Part shown: one piece after another, positions 29,601 through 39,673 of the stretch
Numbering within the stretch: position 1 is the stretch's first letter
Layout: each line of letters opens with the position of its first letter
DNA from: Taishania sp.
Lineage (GTDB): Bacteria > Bacteroidota > Bacteroidia > Flavobacteriales_D > Crocinitomicaceae
Assembly (NCBI GenBank): GCA_036758285.1
Contig: DAIOWV010000006.1
Location: 6,100-70,099 of the forward strand
Direction: 5' to 3'
Length of the DNA stretch: 64,000 nt
Notes under the pieces: generated by a model
Told to the model about the DNA's origin: nothing
The model's input: the letters and a program-made list of their open reading frames with translations, nothing else
Database searches by the model: none
Translations under genes and position numbers: made by a program

Positions 29601-30035
29601 ATGAATACAAAACTAAATTTATCAAAAACATTTGCTATTGTTGGGTTAATGATTTTTGTCTTTAGTTTATTCTTACCTTATCGTATAGAAAATAAACGGG
29701 ATAACCCTATATATTCGGGAATAGATGAACTAGAAACCTTTTTTCCTTTTATGAGTCTTTGGATTATTCTACCATTAGTTGTATTAGCGTTCATTAAACA
29801 TTCTCATCTAAGCAAATGGTTGATGCTTACATTTTCCATTCTTTTATTTTTCCCAACAATTCCCATTCAATTTTTATTTAGCTCATACTGTGTGTATTGT
29901 GAATCTAAACCAGATATGGGATGCTATGTTTTAGTAATTTCAGCAATTGCTTTTCTTTTGTCTGCACTAATCAAGATGAATATTTCAATCAATAGTAAAA
30001 TTGAAAAAACGCCTAATATTCTTGATAATATCTAG
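29601..30035 (+). CDS. Hypothetical membrane protein
   Basis: ATG 29601 just after the upstream stop avoids a 119-nt overlap; four hydrophobic segments. Confidence 0.65.
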   Translation: MNTKLNLSKTFAIVGLMIFVFSLFLPYRIENKRDNPIYSGIDELETFFPFMSLWIILPLVVLAFIKHSHLSKWLMLTFSILLFFPTIPIQFLFSSYCVYCESKPDMGCYVLVISAIAFLLSALIKMNISINSKIEKTPNILDNI

Positions 30036-30049
30036 AATTTATGCGAGTA

Positions 30050-31480
30050 TTAATAATTTCGATAATCATTCCATAATTGACTTCGAATACCAATAATTGG
30101 AATATAATCAACCTTACTTGTATTTCCATTAATTAACAAATGGTTTTCAAAAAACAAATGTAATTGTGCTTTTTTATAGACTTGATAGTCAAAAGTTATT
30201 ATAGTTCTGCTAGTATTCTTTCCTCTCCCCTGGCCTGTGAAATGTCCATAATCATCTGGTCGAAGTGTATAAGGTAGATAAATATTGCCGCCATAACTAA
30301 ATCCATTTTTATCTTCTCCTTTCAACCGGTAAGTAGTAAAAAATTTAATTAAATAATTACCCTTTTGCCATTTCAACTCAGCTAAAAGCTCATGAAAATT
30401 GGCTCCTAATGGATGAGCAAGAACATGCCCTTGATTACCAAATGTTTGCATTTCATTAACGTGTGAATACATATAAGGTCGCATCATATTGTACTCAAAT
30501 CTATAGAAAAATGAACCTAAAGTTGGATGAAATCTACCTTTAATCCCAACTTGCAATCCATATTTATTTGCCCACCAACTGGGATTATTTCTTATTTCAG
30601 CTAAATTGAATTCATCTAAAATAAATTGAGAATACAACATCTGATTGTTAAACTTTGCATCCATTGAAACACCAATCAATATGTTATCCGCCGAACCTAA
30701 TGAGTATTCTTGTGGACGAAAGAAAATTACAGGATTAAGATATTCAACATCATATCCTCTATTCAACAAAGTATCCTTAGGTTGAAATAAAACTGTTTCA
30801 AATATTCCAAAATTTAACCACTTTGTTGCATTTAAACTAATATGATGAGAAGTAGCATATTTTGATTTCCAAGAACCTGCTAACCTCTCTCTCATAAACT
30901 GATATAAAACAGTATATTCAAGCCTCCAAAACTTAGCTCTTATTTGTCCAAATGGATGTGGTACGCCATAATCACTTAAAAATAATGATCGACTACCTTC
31001 TCCTATAAAATGATTATCTAAACCAGCTTGAAAATTAAAAATTTCATTTGGTGTAAAACTAACCCGACCTCTTATGTCTGTATAATAATAATCGTTGTTT
31101 TTTTCCTCATAGTAGAATGATCGTGTATTAAAAACTGAATCTATAGTCCCCAATCCTCCGATTGCACCCAAACGAAAATACCATTTACCAACTTGCGATG
31201 TCAAATTCAATCCAGCTCCAACTCGATAATTGGCTTTTTGAGAATATCCTCCATTCAAATCCAATGCAGGATTAATATGAAAATATTTTTTTATACTATC
31301 TGATTTTTCAAAGGTGTTTTGACGAATAAAAGGTTTAAAACTTGTATGAAGTTCTGTTGAATTCTTATAAATTTTATCCGATGGTAATTCTTCAAAAATA
31401 GTTCCTACTTCAAATTGAGAAAAACTTGTATTTGAAACCAATAAAAGGCAAAAAATAATATGTAAATAAAGTAATTTCAA
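30050..31480 (-). CDS. Outer-membrane barrel, RemB/Wzi-like
   Basis: Signal SFS|Q; FIGEGSRSLFLSD, YLNPVIF, YSQFILDEF, LAHPLGANF. TTG start overlaps the upstream TGA (TTGA). Confidence 0.65.
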   Translation of the reverse strand: MKLLYLHIIFCLLLVSNTSFSQFEVGTIFEELPSDKIYKNSTELHTSFKPFIRQNTFEKSDSIKKYFHINPALDLNGGYSQKANYRVGAGLNLTSQVGKWYFRLGAIGGLGTIDSVFNTRSFYYEEKNNDYYYTDIRGRVSFTPNEIFNFQAGLDNHFIGEGSRSLFLSDYGVPHPFGQIRAKFWRLEYTVLYQFMRERLAGSWKSKYATSHHISLNATKWLNFGIFETVLFQPKDTLLNRGYDVEYLNPVIFFRPQEYSLGSADNILIGVSMDAKFNNQMLYSQFILDEFNLAEIRNNPSWWANKYGLQVGIKGRFHPTLGSFFYRFEYNMMRPYMYSHVNEMQTFGNQGHVLAHPLGANFHELLAELKWQKGNYLIKFFTTYRLKGEDKNGFSYGGNIYLPYTLRPDDYGHFTGQGRGKNTSRTIITFDYQVYKKAQLHLFFENHLLINGNTSKVDYIPIIGIRSQLWNDYRNY

Positions 31481-33036
31481 AAGTCTGTATAACTATTAAT
31501 TAAACTTGTTTTAATCCCAAAACAAACAGTATTCGTTTGAAACTTAACACTTCCAATATTCTCATTTCTAAATAAATAATTCAAGAACACAGAGAAATTC
31601 ATCTTCTTATTGAATCGATAACCCAATTCAATACTGGAATGAGAAATTGTACCCTTTTCTCTTAATCCTTCATTATACAAAGCTAAAAGACTGGTAGAAG
31701 AGTAATTATTAAGTTGATAAAAAACTGTTTTAAAATCAGCATAAACCCTTTTAATTTCATAATTTGCTCGAACAACAACTTCAGTAAACCCCTCACCTTT
31801 AACATGTGCCAGAGGTAAATTAAAATGACTATAATTTAAACGTGGATTACTTGTACGATATAAATTATTTGTGGCATAATTCCCTTCAAATTGTAAAAAT
31901 AGATTGTTCACATCGAATGGCTCTGAAAATCTTGCTCCTAATTGAAAACCTAAACCATCAGACTTTGGATTCATTGCAAATTGAGAATATAACCGTATTA
32001 TGTCTGAAAGTGAATAACCAATATTCAAACCTATTATTGAGTTTACTTCATTTTCATTTGAAATTAATGCTCCTAAAATTGGTAATGGATTATAAAATAA
32101 AGGCGATACTTTTTTGGAAACAATCGAATCACCTTTTGAATAAATGGATCCTTCAAATAAGGAAATGGTTAAATCTTTCGTTGCTTGAAATGAAAGATAA
32201 TTAACTGCCATCGCTTTTGGATCATAATATGACTCTACAGTTGTACTTGCAGGACGGCGTAACAAATTCATTAATTTATTTCTCAAATAAATTAATTCCC
32301 AACGAGGTGAAAAGCGATAATTTACTTGAAAAAATGGGGCACTAAAACTATTATCTGACAATAACAAAGAACGATAACCATCTCCAATAAATTTTCGAGT
32401 ATTTCCAGCTGACAAAGTTAAAACTTCGAACGGTTTATAAATAATATCTCCCATAGCAAAAGCATAATCATACCCATCACCTTTGAATGGTTTTGTTCTT
32501 CCCATTCCTGGAATGACTGCATTTTGAGTAAAATAACTTGAATCGGATGCATTTACATAAGACTCTCCAATAGAATTATAATAATTTGATTGATAAATTG
32601 GATTTCTTGACTGATTCTCATAAAAACTCGTTGAAAAAGAAAAATTATGAAATAAATCACCTTCAATATGAAAGCCACGTGTATTTTGAAAGAGCTTTCT
32701 TGAAGCTGTATCTGAAAAATCTTTACCTCCAGAAAAATCAAATACAGGTGAAATTGTTAAATAGCAATTATCTCCTTTAAATTCTAAAAAATGCTTCCGA
32801 AAAAGATGTTCGGTTACAGTATAATACTGTTTCGATGTATCTTGTATTTTTTTGTGTAAATCATATTGATCTTCATTCACCGGGAAAAAACTATTCCCTC
32901 TATAACCCTGTATTTTACTTGATGAATAATACAATCGATCTTTATAAAAATGATTTAAAGGGATATTATTTTGTTGTGTCAACCCAAACTGAGAAAACAA
33001 TAAAAATAATAGCAACAAAAATCTATTTAATAACAT
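31477..33036 (-). CDS. Outer-membrane barrel, RemB/Wzi-like (paralog of the neighbour)
   Basis: Signal GLT|QQ; FIGDGYRSLLLSD, FYNPLP, LYSQF, YSHFNLPLAH; terminal Phe. Confidence 0.65.
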   Translation of the reverse strand: MLLNRFLLLLFLLFSQFGLTQQNNIPLNHFYKDRLYYSSSKIQGYRGNSFFPVNEDQYDLHKKIQDTSKQYYTVTEHLFRKHFLEFKGDNCYLTISPVFDFSGGKDFSDTASRKLFQNTRGFHIEGDLFHNFSFSTSFYENQSRNPIYQSNYYNSIGESYVNASDSSYFTQNAVIPGMGRTKPFKGDGYDYAFAMGDIIYKPFEVLTLSAGNTRKFIGDGYRSLLLSDNSFSAPFFQVNYRFSPRWELIYLRNKLMNLLRRPASTTVESYYDPKAMAVNYLSFQATKDLTISLFEGSIYSKGDSIVSKKVSPLFYNPLPILGALISNENEVNSIIGLNIGYSLSDIIRLYSQFAMNPKSDGLGFQLGARFSEPFDVNNLFLQFEGNYATNNLYRTSNPRLNYSHFNLPLAHVKGEGFTEVVVRANYEIKRVYADFKTVFYQLNNYSSTSLLALYNEGLREKGTISHSSIELGYRFNKKMNFSVFLNYLFRNENIGSVKFQTNTVCFGIKTSLINSYTDF

Positions 33037-33043
33037 TTTAAAA

Positions 33044-33847
33044 TCAACCCATTAAATCGATAAAACCTTTTGTTTTTGCAATAAAATGTGGGTTTAGAAG
33101 TGATTCTTTATTATATTTCAAAGGAAGTCCATCTTCAACATTTAATACAACACCACCCAAAGCTTCTAAAATAGCTTGACCTGCTGCAATGTCCCATTCC
33201 ATCGTTGGTGCAAATCTTGGATAAACATCTGCCCGTCCTTCAGCTAAATCAAAAAATTTCAATGCCGATCCTTTTTTGATAAAATCAACCTCATCGTGTT
33301 TTTTTATTTTTTCAATAAACTCAACCTCTCGTCCTCGGTAGGGAGTTCTTGAGCTGGCTAATACTATTGGAGAATTAATTGTTGAAATGGTTAATTTTTC
33401 CCACTTGCTTGGTGAATAAATTTGATCAAAATCGAGTATATAAGCACCTATTTCATCTCCACCCAATAAAATTGTTCTATTAACAGGACTTGCAATAATT
33501 CCAAACACAGGTTTTCCCTCTCTCACCAAAGCAATGTTAACAGCAAATTCGCCATTTCTTCTAATATATTCTTTTGTCCCATCTAATGGATCAATAATCC
33601 ACACTTCCTTCCATTCTTTGCGCTCTTGAAACGCATCATTTGGGTCTTCTTCACTAATTATTGGAATACCAAAGTCTCGTAACTGATCAACGATAATTTT
33701 TGCTGAAGCCGTGTCTGCTTCTGTAACTGGAGAACCATCAGTTTTCAGTTTTTTCTGAAAAGATGTCTGATAAATACGCATTATTTCCTCAGATGCTTGA
33801 ATAGAAGTTTCTAAAGCCTTTATGTACAATTTATCCAGTTGAATCAT
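33044..33847 (-). CDS. cysQ: 3'(2'),5'-bisphosphate nucleotidase CysQ
   Basis: DGSPVTEAD, ISEE, IDPLDGTKEY, FAVNIAL, YPRFAPTMEWDIAAGQA. Confidence 0.93.
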   Translation of the reverse strand: MIQLDKLYIKALETSIQASEEIMRIYQTSFQKKLKTDGSPVTEADTASAKIIVDQLRDFGIPIISEEDPNDAFQERKEWKEVWIIDPLDGTKEYIRRNGEFAVNIALVREGKPVFGIIASPVNRTILLGGDEIGAYILDFDQIYSPSKWEKLTISTINSPIVLASSRTPYRGREVEFIEKIKKHDEVDFIKKGSALKFFDLAEGRADVYPRFAPTMEWDIAAGQAILEALGGVVLNVEDGLPLKYNKESLLNPHFIAKTKGFIDLMG

Positions 33848-33875
33848 TTTCTTTTGGTAATCAAATTACATTTTT

Positions 33876-33909
33876 AAAAAAAATGAGACCGTGAATAAAC
33901 GATCTCATT
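33876..33909 (-). terminator. Probable intrinsic terminator after the small T9SS cargo gene
   Basis: Imperfect stem AATGAGACCGT..ACGATCTCATT next to an A-run (T-run on minus). Confidence 0.5.
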
Positions 33910-33932
33910 ACATTCATACTTAATAAAACCTA

Positions 33933-34703
33933 TTAATGTCTTACTACTAATTTCTTCGTCAATCCTTTTACGGAATTATTTTGAATAGTTACAAAATAGA
34001 CACCATTCTTGTATTCTGAAATATTTAATTTCTTGTTGTTATTAAAATCACCTGTATATACAATATTACCCAAAACATCAACAACACGTATTTTCGCATC
34101 ATTTAATCCTTCGGCTAGAATTGAAACATAATCATTCGCAGGATTTGGTGATAAACTTAATTCCACACTTTTCTGAACAGTACTTATACTTAAATTATTT
34201 AAATAATTCACAACAACAGTAATTGAATCATAATATTCAGTTCCTGCCATATTTGTCACATAATATTTATAGGTTGCTGTTGAACCCGGTGTACCTGGAT
34301 AAAATTGAGGTTTTATTTCTGCTGGTCCTCCTTGATCAGTATTTGAAGAGCCACTTATAACATTTGGAGCCCCTGTAACTGGAGTTGTAGAATTATTTTG
34401 TTCCAAATACGAATAGTTATAACAAGTTGGAGGCCAACATAAATTATCTTTCCAATCTGACGGAGCTGAAACTTTAACACGTTTCAATCTATATTGTTCA
34501 TCTGCATTTGACATGTTATAAACATAAAATTTTGCCCCTTCCCAATAAGCATACTCATCATCGTTTGGGACATCATTCAACGTAACATTGTAAGTCAACG
34601 TTGTCCCAGCAACATTATTTGTTTCATTTGGCAAACGAATCTCTATTTGAGATTGAACCCCCCAAATTGTAAAACATAAAAAAGAAAGTAATATTTTTTT
34701 CAT
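33933..34703 (-). CDS. Small T9SS type A cargo (single Ig-like domain with CWPPTC, plus CTD)
   Basis: Signal VQS|Q; CTD LSPNPA..VDVLGN..GVYFV..KKLVVRH. Confidence 0.85.
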   Translation of the reverse strand: MKKILLSFLCFTIWGVQSQIEIRLPNETNNVAGTTLTYNVTLNDVPNDDEYAYWEGAKFYVYNMSNADEQYRLKRVKVSAPSDWKDNLCWPPTCYNYSYLEQNNSTTPVTGAPNVISGSSNTDQGGPAEIKPQFYPGTPGSTATYKYYVTNMAGTEYYDSITVVVNYLNNLSISTVQKSVELSLSPNPANDYVSILAEGLNDAKIRVVDVLGNIVYTGDFNNNKKLNISEYKNGVYFVTIQNNSVKGLTKKLVVRH

Positions 34704-34906
34704 CCGCTTCGAAACTTACAATAGTTAATTAATTAACATTCACAGCTATCATCAATTTGATTCAAATACTGTTATGCTAATATACTGAAAAATAATTAAC
34801 AATGTTTAAATGGTCTACAAATATTATTTCATCATAAATTTTAGGATTCCAAGAAAGATGCTAAGATTTTATCCCTATCACTATTCTGAATCTTAAAAAA
34901 CTATGT

Positions 34907-34914
34907 TACCTTTG
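34907..34914 (+). promoter_or_regulatory. -7 element for the tlpA-barrel-omp28 operon
   Basis: TACCTTTG. Confidence 0.55.
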
Positions 34915-34973
34915 GTTAAAAGGGAAATTCTTTTTTCAATTTTATTACATATCAACTCAAAAAACTAGAATTT

Positions 34974-35477
34974 ATGAAAAATATAATCTTTGCTTTTCTC
35001 TCCTTTCTTTTCGTAACAAATGTATTTGGACAAGAGAAAAACAAGGATAAACAAGTTCCTTCAGTACAGTTAAAAGACATGAATGGAAAATCTATCAACA
35101 TCAATGAATTAACTAAAAACGGACCAGTAATAATTAGCTTTTGGGCTACTTGGTGTTCACCTTGCAAAAGAGAATTAAATACAATACATGAAGTATATTC
35201 TGAGTGGCAAGATCAATTTAATGTCACCCTAGTTGCGGTATCTATTGATGATGAAAAAACTAAAAACTCAGTTCCTGTATATGTTAATGGTCGTTCTTGG
35301 GAATATGTTGTAATAATGGATCCAAATAGTGACTTTAGAAGAGCTATGGGAGTTAACAATGTTCCCCATACTTTTCTAGTAGATAAAAATGGAACGATCG
35401 TTTATTCTCACAACAACTACGCACCTGGTGATGAAGAATTATTATACCAAGAATTAATGAAACTAAGTAAAAATTAG
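34974..35477 (+). CDS. Periplasmic TlpA family thiol-disulfide oxidoreductase
   Basis: Signal VFG|Q; SFWATWCSPCKREL; VPHTFLVDKNG. Confidence 0.92.
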   Translation: MKNIIFAFLSFLFVTNVFGQEKNKDKQVPSVQLKDMNGKSININELTKNGPVIISFWATWCSPCKRELNTIHEVYSEWQDQFNVTLVAVSIDDEKTKNSVPVYVNGRSWEYVVIMDPNSDFRRAMGVNNVPHTFLVDKNGTIVYSHNNYAPGDEELLYQELMKLSKN

Positions 35478-35499
35478 GGGCTCCTTTTTAATTTAACTT

Positions 35500-37200
35500 A
35501 TGAACAAACTCTTAACTGCATTCACTTTGTTAGTGACCTTATCGTCGTTTGGTCAATTGGAACGTGGAAACTTTACTGGAAATTTAGAAACGATTTTCCA
35601 ATATTTAAATGAAGATTCACTAATTGGTGCAACCCAACCAGCCTCAAAAGGGCTTTTAAACTCCTATATGAATGTCTATTACACTCATGGGAATTTTAAA
35701 GCAGGATTGAGATTCGAATCATATTTACCAAGAATTCAAGGATATCCAACAGAATTTGAAGGTACAGGACTAGGAATGAGATATGTAGGCTACAATAATA
35801 GTTTTATAGATGTCACAGTTGGTAATTTTTACGAACAATTTGGTGGTGGTTTAGCATTAAGAATCTATGAAGATAGAGCTTTAGGTTATGACAACATGCT
35901 TGATGGATTAAAAATCAAACTAAATCCTTACAAAGGAATTGTAATCAAAGGAATTTATGGTCAACAACGATTAGCATTTAGAAATGGTATTAGTCATTCA
36001 CCAGGTATTGTTCGTGGATTTGACGGAGAAGTAAATGCAAATCAATTAATTAAAAAACTACAAGACAAACCTTTAGAAATAATTATAGGAAGTTCATTTG
36101 TAAGTAAATTTCAGGAAGACAACGACGATTTATTAATTTTACCTCAAAACACAGCAACTTACGGAGGTCGTTTAGGATTACGTTACAAAGGATTTACGTT
36201 AGATGGAGAATATGTTACGAAAGGTCAAGATCCTTCTACAGACAATAATTATATTTATAACACTGGTTTTGCAACTGTTATAAACGCCGGATATTCGAGA
36301 AAAGGTTTGGGAATATTATTATCTGCGAAATCTGTTGACAACATGAGTTTTAGGTCAGACCGAACCAAAGTATTACAAGTTGGATTAATCAACTTTCTTC
36401 CAGCAATGAATAAAACACACACGTATAATCTAGTTTCTTCACTTTATCCATATGCAACTCAACCTACAGGCGAGGTGGCATTTCAGGGAGAAATTGTTTA
36501 TACAATCCCAAAGGAAACTAAACTAGGTGGTAAATATGGGACTACAATCAATTTAAATGCATCAACTGCTTTTCGACCAAAAAGAGAATTAAATCCAACT
36601 TTCAATACAGATTCTACAGGGATTTTGTATTCTACTAAACCATTTTCAATGACCGATTCCTTGTATTGGCTAGACATCAATGCAAGTATTTCAAGAAAAT
36701 TCTCTAAAAATTTCAATGCAATTTTAAGCTACTATCATATAGTCTTAAACAACAACATTGCATCCGTAACAAAACAACCTGGAAACATATATTCTAACAC
36801 ATTTGTACTAGAATTAAGTTATAAATTTAAAAATCGATCGTCTTTACGTACTGAGATGCAATTAATGTTAGTAAACAGAATTGATACAAACAACCATAGA
36901 GTACCATTTAACACTGCTGGTTCCAGAGCAACGGACAATGGCGATTGGGGAACGTTACTCATTGAATATACAATCAACTCGAATTGGATGGTAAGTATTA
37001 TGAATCAATACAACTTTGGAAACCATGATAAAGCAAAACGAGCACATCATCCCTATTTCACAATTGGGTACGTAACTGGTGCAACCCGAATAATGGCTTC
37101 TTATGGCAGACAAAGAGCTGGTATGTTTTGTGTCGGTGGAGTATGTCGATTTGTTCCCGCTTCAAACGGACTAACCATGTCCATAACTCACAGTTTCTAA
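35500..37200 (+). CDS. DUF6029-like outer-membrane beta-barrel
   Basis: Signal SFG|Q; TVGNFYEQFG.GL.LR.YEDR.LGYDN; C-terminal YGRQRAGMFCVGGVCRFVPASNG..HSF. Confidence 0.75.
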   Translation: MNKLLTAFTLLVTLSSFGQLERGNFTGNLETIFQYLNEDSLIGATQPASKGLLNSYMNVYYTHGNFKAGLRFESYLPRIQGYPTEFEGTGLGMRYVGYNNSFIDVTVGNFYEQFGGGLALRIYEDRALGYDNMLDGLKIKLNPYKGIVIKGIYGQQRLAFRNGISHSPGIVRGFDGEVNANQLIKKLQDKPLEIIIGSSFVSKFQEDNDDLLILPQNTATYGGRLGLRYKGFTLDGEYVTKGQDPSTDNNYIYNTGFATVINAGYSRKGLGILLSAKSVDNMSFRSDRTKVLQVGLINFLPAMNKTHTYNLVSSLYPYATQPTGEVAFQGEIVYTIPKETKLGGKYGTTINLNASTAFRPKRELNPTFNTDSTGILYSTKPFSMTDSLYWLDINASISRKFSKNFNAILSYYHIVLNNNIASVTKQPGNIYSNTFVLELSYKFKNRSSLRTEMQLMLVNRIDTNNHRVPFNTAGSRATDNGDWGTLLIEYTINSNWMVSIMNQYNFGNHDKAKRAHHPYFTIGYVTGATRIMASYGRQRAGMFCVGGVCRFVPASNGLTMSITHSF

Positions 37201-37218
37201 CAAAGAAAAAATAAAAAA

Positions 37219-38181
37219 ATGAAGAATTTAACTATAAATATTACTTCTATCCTTTCTGTTTTATTTTTCTTAACAAGTTGCGATAAAATTGAAAAGATAT
37301 ATGAACCTTCGAGTTATTCCACAAATTTAGATGTATCACTTTACCCTGGTTCTTGGCAAAATTACATTGATAATGAATGGCCTAATTTTGACACAATAAC
37401 TGCTAGTTCGAATCGCAATATTTTAATTGATGATTTCACAGGACATAACTGTCAATACTGTCCAGCAGCAGCAGTAGCAGCTCACAATCTTCACACACAA
37501 TATCCTTCAAGGGTTTTTGTTAGTTCAATCCACGCTTCTCCATCAGGAATTACAGGTTTTCAGGCTGTAAATAATCAATATCCTGTTGACTTCACAAATA
37601 CACAAGGTTTAGAGTTAGGAATTTACTTTGGATCAATGCCAAGCAGTGGGTTCTTTGGAAATCCAAGCGTTGGATGCAATAGAATAAAATATCAAAGTTC
37701 TGGAGAACTATTTTATCCTTCAAGTATTTTAGCATCAGAAGTTAATAATGCATTGAATACTACATTAAAAATCAAATTAAAATCACACGTAAATTATTAT
37801 CCTACAACAAAGGGAGCTTTTTTACATGTTGAAGTAGATAAAATAGACCAACAATTATCCAATAATCTTGGTTTGACTATTGTTCTTCAACAAGATAGTT
37901 TAGTTGCACCACAAAATAACAATGGAACATATACACCAAACTATGTACATAGAGACATTCATTTAAAGCATCTTTCCAATTCACTATGGGGTGTCACTCT
38001 TACTGATGATCTTAAAAAATCCAATGGTAAATATTACCTTGATTACAGCTTTCCAGTTCCTAATCAACTTACTTTAGACGCTAGTCAAGTACATAATCCT
38101 GATAATATGCATTTATTAATTTATGTTTACGACAAAACAACTTTTGAGATTTATCAAGTAATAAAACAAAAAATTAACTGA
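37219..38181 (+). CDS. Omp28-related outer-membrane lipoprotein with CxxC
   Basis: Lipobox LTS|CDKIE; LIDDFTGHNCQYCP; APQ..YVH; C-terminal LLIYVYD..EIYQV. Confidence 0.85.
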   Translation: MKNLTINITSILSVLFFLTSCDKIEKIYEPSSYSTNLDVSLYPGSWQNYIDNEWPNFDTITASSNRNILIDDFTGHNCQYCPAAAVAAHNLHTQYPSRVFVSSIHASPSGITGFQAVNNQYPVDFTNTQGLELGIYFGSMPSSGFFGNPSVGCNRIKYQSSGELFYPSSILASEVNNALNTTLKIKLKSHVNYYPTTKGAFLHVEVDKIDQQLSNNLGLTIVLQQDSLVAPQNNNGTYTPNYVHRDIHLKHLSNSLWGVTLTDDLKKSNGKYYLDYSFPVPNQLTLDASQVHNPDNMHLLIYVYDKTTFEIYQVIKQKIN

Positions 38182-39147
38182 TTATTTCACCCTGTTTCTC
38201 AGAAAATCATGAATTAAATAGGCAATTGTCTTTCCAACTATCTTCTCTTCTAATTCATTCGATGGAGCTCCTTCTGGTAAATGTAAATAAGCAATTTCTC
38301 TATTCGAATTAGCTAAATTTATGATATACTTTCTCACCTGCTCAACTTCAAATCCACTTGGTGTATAAGCTGAAGTCGGCATTCCCTTGATAGAATCTAA
38401 ATCAAGTTCAACACCAATAGACTTATTGCCTTTTGAAATAACCGACTGTAAATCAGAAAGAAAAATTGAATGACCATCCAAATAATCTTCATAAAAAGAA
38501 TAATAAAATCCTTGTTCATCAAGATAATTCAACATGTTTTCACTATTGTAAGCACGATGAAGGCCTAAAACAGAATAATGATCTAAAAAGCCCCTTTCTT
38601 TTGCATAAGAAAATGGATTGCCACTATGACGTCCTTCCAGTCTTCTACAATCTGCATGCGGATCACAATTTATCACATCCAACGAATATCCGTGAACCTT
38701 TTGAAAAGCTGCGATCAAAGCGTATGCATTATTATGTCCACCTCCTATTAAAATTGGAATTTGATTATTTTGATAAATTTTAACTAAAATTTCAATCAAT
38801 AACTCATCTAATTCTTCAATCAATGCCTTCCCTTTTTCAATTGACGTAAACTTCGCCAGCTGTTTAACATATCCCAAACAAGTCAAATCACTTCCATTAT
38901 AAAAACGATTGGATTGCATATTTAGAAATCGTGACAAAGTTACTCTAAAAGCATTTTGACTTCCACCATTTCCCCCATTCGATTGAGGCCCAACATCTTC
39001 AGACACACCAATCAAAACATACTTTGCCCCTGAAGACCAACCAGCTGAAATACATTCACCAAGTTTCAACTCTCCTTCTCTTACATTCGTAATTTTCAGA
39101 ATATCGTCAATAGAAAAAGGGACAAACTCAAAATTATTCGTTTTCAT
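38182..39147 (-). CDS. hutG: Formimidoylglutamase (arginase family)
   Basis: GGGHNNAY, DPHADCR..EGRHSGNPF, ELDLDSI, YLHLPEG. Confidence 0.8.
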   Translation of the reverse strand: MKTNNFEFVPFSIDDILKITNVREGELKLGECISAGWSSGAKYVLIGVSEDVGPQSNGGNGGSQNAFRVTLSRFLNMQSNRFYNGSDLTCLGYVKQLAKFTSIEKGKALIEELDELLIEILVKIYQNNQIPILIGGGHNNAYALIAAFQKVHGYSLDVINCDPHADCRRLEGRHSGNPFSYAKERGFLDHYSVLGLHRAYNSENMLNYLDEQGFYYSFYEDYLDGHSIFLSDLQSVISKGNKSIGVELDLDSIKGMPTSAYTPSGFEVEQVRKYIINLANSNREIAYLHLPEGAPSNELEEKIVGKTIAYLIHDFLRNRVK

Positions 39148-39560
39148 ATTGCGTAATTTTCTAATAATTTGATAAAATCTTCAGGTGCTTTTATTGGCCG
39201 CGTAGATTTCATATCCACAAAAACCAAAGTAGTATGAGCTTTTACAACCAAATCACCATTTTCATTATGAATTTCATAATCAAATAAAAGTCTAGCACCT
39301 TTAACCGATGAAATAAACGTTGTAATAATTAATTCATCATCATATTTTGCAGGAGAAAAATACTTCACAGTAAATTCAGAAACAGGCAACATCACTCCTT
39401 TAGCTTCCATTTCACGATAACTCATACCTACACTTCTCATTGCTTCTACCCTTCCAACTTCGAAATATTGAGCGTAATTACCGTAGTAACAATACCCCAT
39501 CTGATCCGTTTCGCCATAACGAACTCGTAATTTTGTTTTATTATTATATGAAAGATTCAT
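39144..39560 (-). CDS. Acyl-CoA thioesterase, YbgC/4HBT family
   Basis: RVRYGETDQMG..YYGNY..YFEVGR; start at ATG 39560 preferred; ATGA overlap with hutG. Confidence 0.88.
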   Translation of the reverse strand: MNLSYNNKTKLRVRYGETDQMGYCYYGNYAQYFEVGRVEAMRSVGMSYREMEAKGVMLPVSEFTVKYFSPAKYDDELIITTFISSVKGARLLFDYEIHNENGDLVVKAHTTLVFVDMKSTRPIKAPEDFIKLLENYAI

Positions 39561-39639
39561 TGTATTGTAAAATAAATTCAATTTTAATAAACAAAAATCA
39601 GTTTTTTACACGAAATCGAGTTATATTTGAAAAGTAAAT

Positions 39640-39673
39640 TGTTAATAAGCCAAAGTTCATTTTTTTATTAACA
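39640..39673. promoter_or_regulatory. Inverted pair of DnaA-box-like 9-mers upstream of dnaA
   Basis: TGTTAATAA (39640-48) and TTATTAACA (39665-73), each 7/9 to TTATCCACA. Confidence 0.45.

Noticed and set aside
34724..34737. Perfect palindrome GTTAATTAATTAAC upstream of the small T9SS cargo
   Set aside because: Low-complexity AT sequence; could be an operator but chance is not excluded
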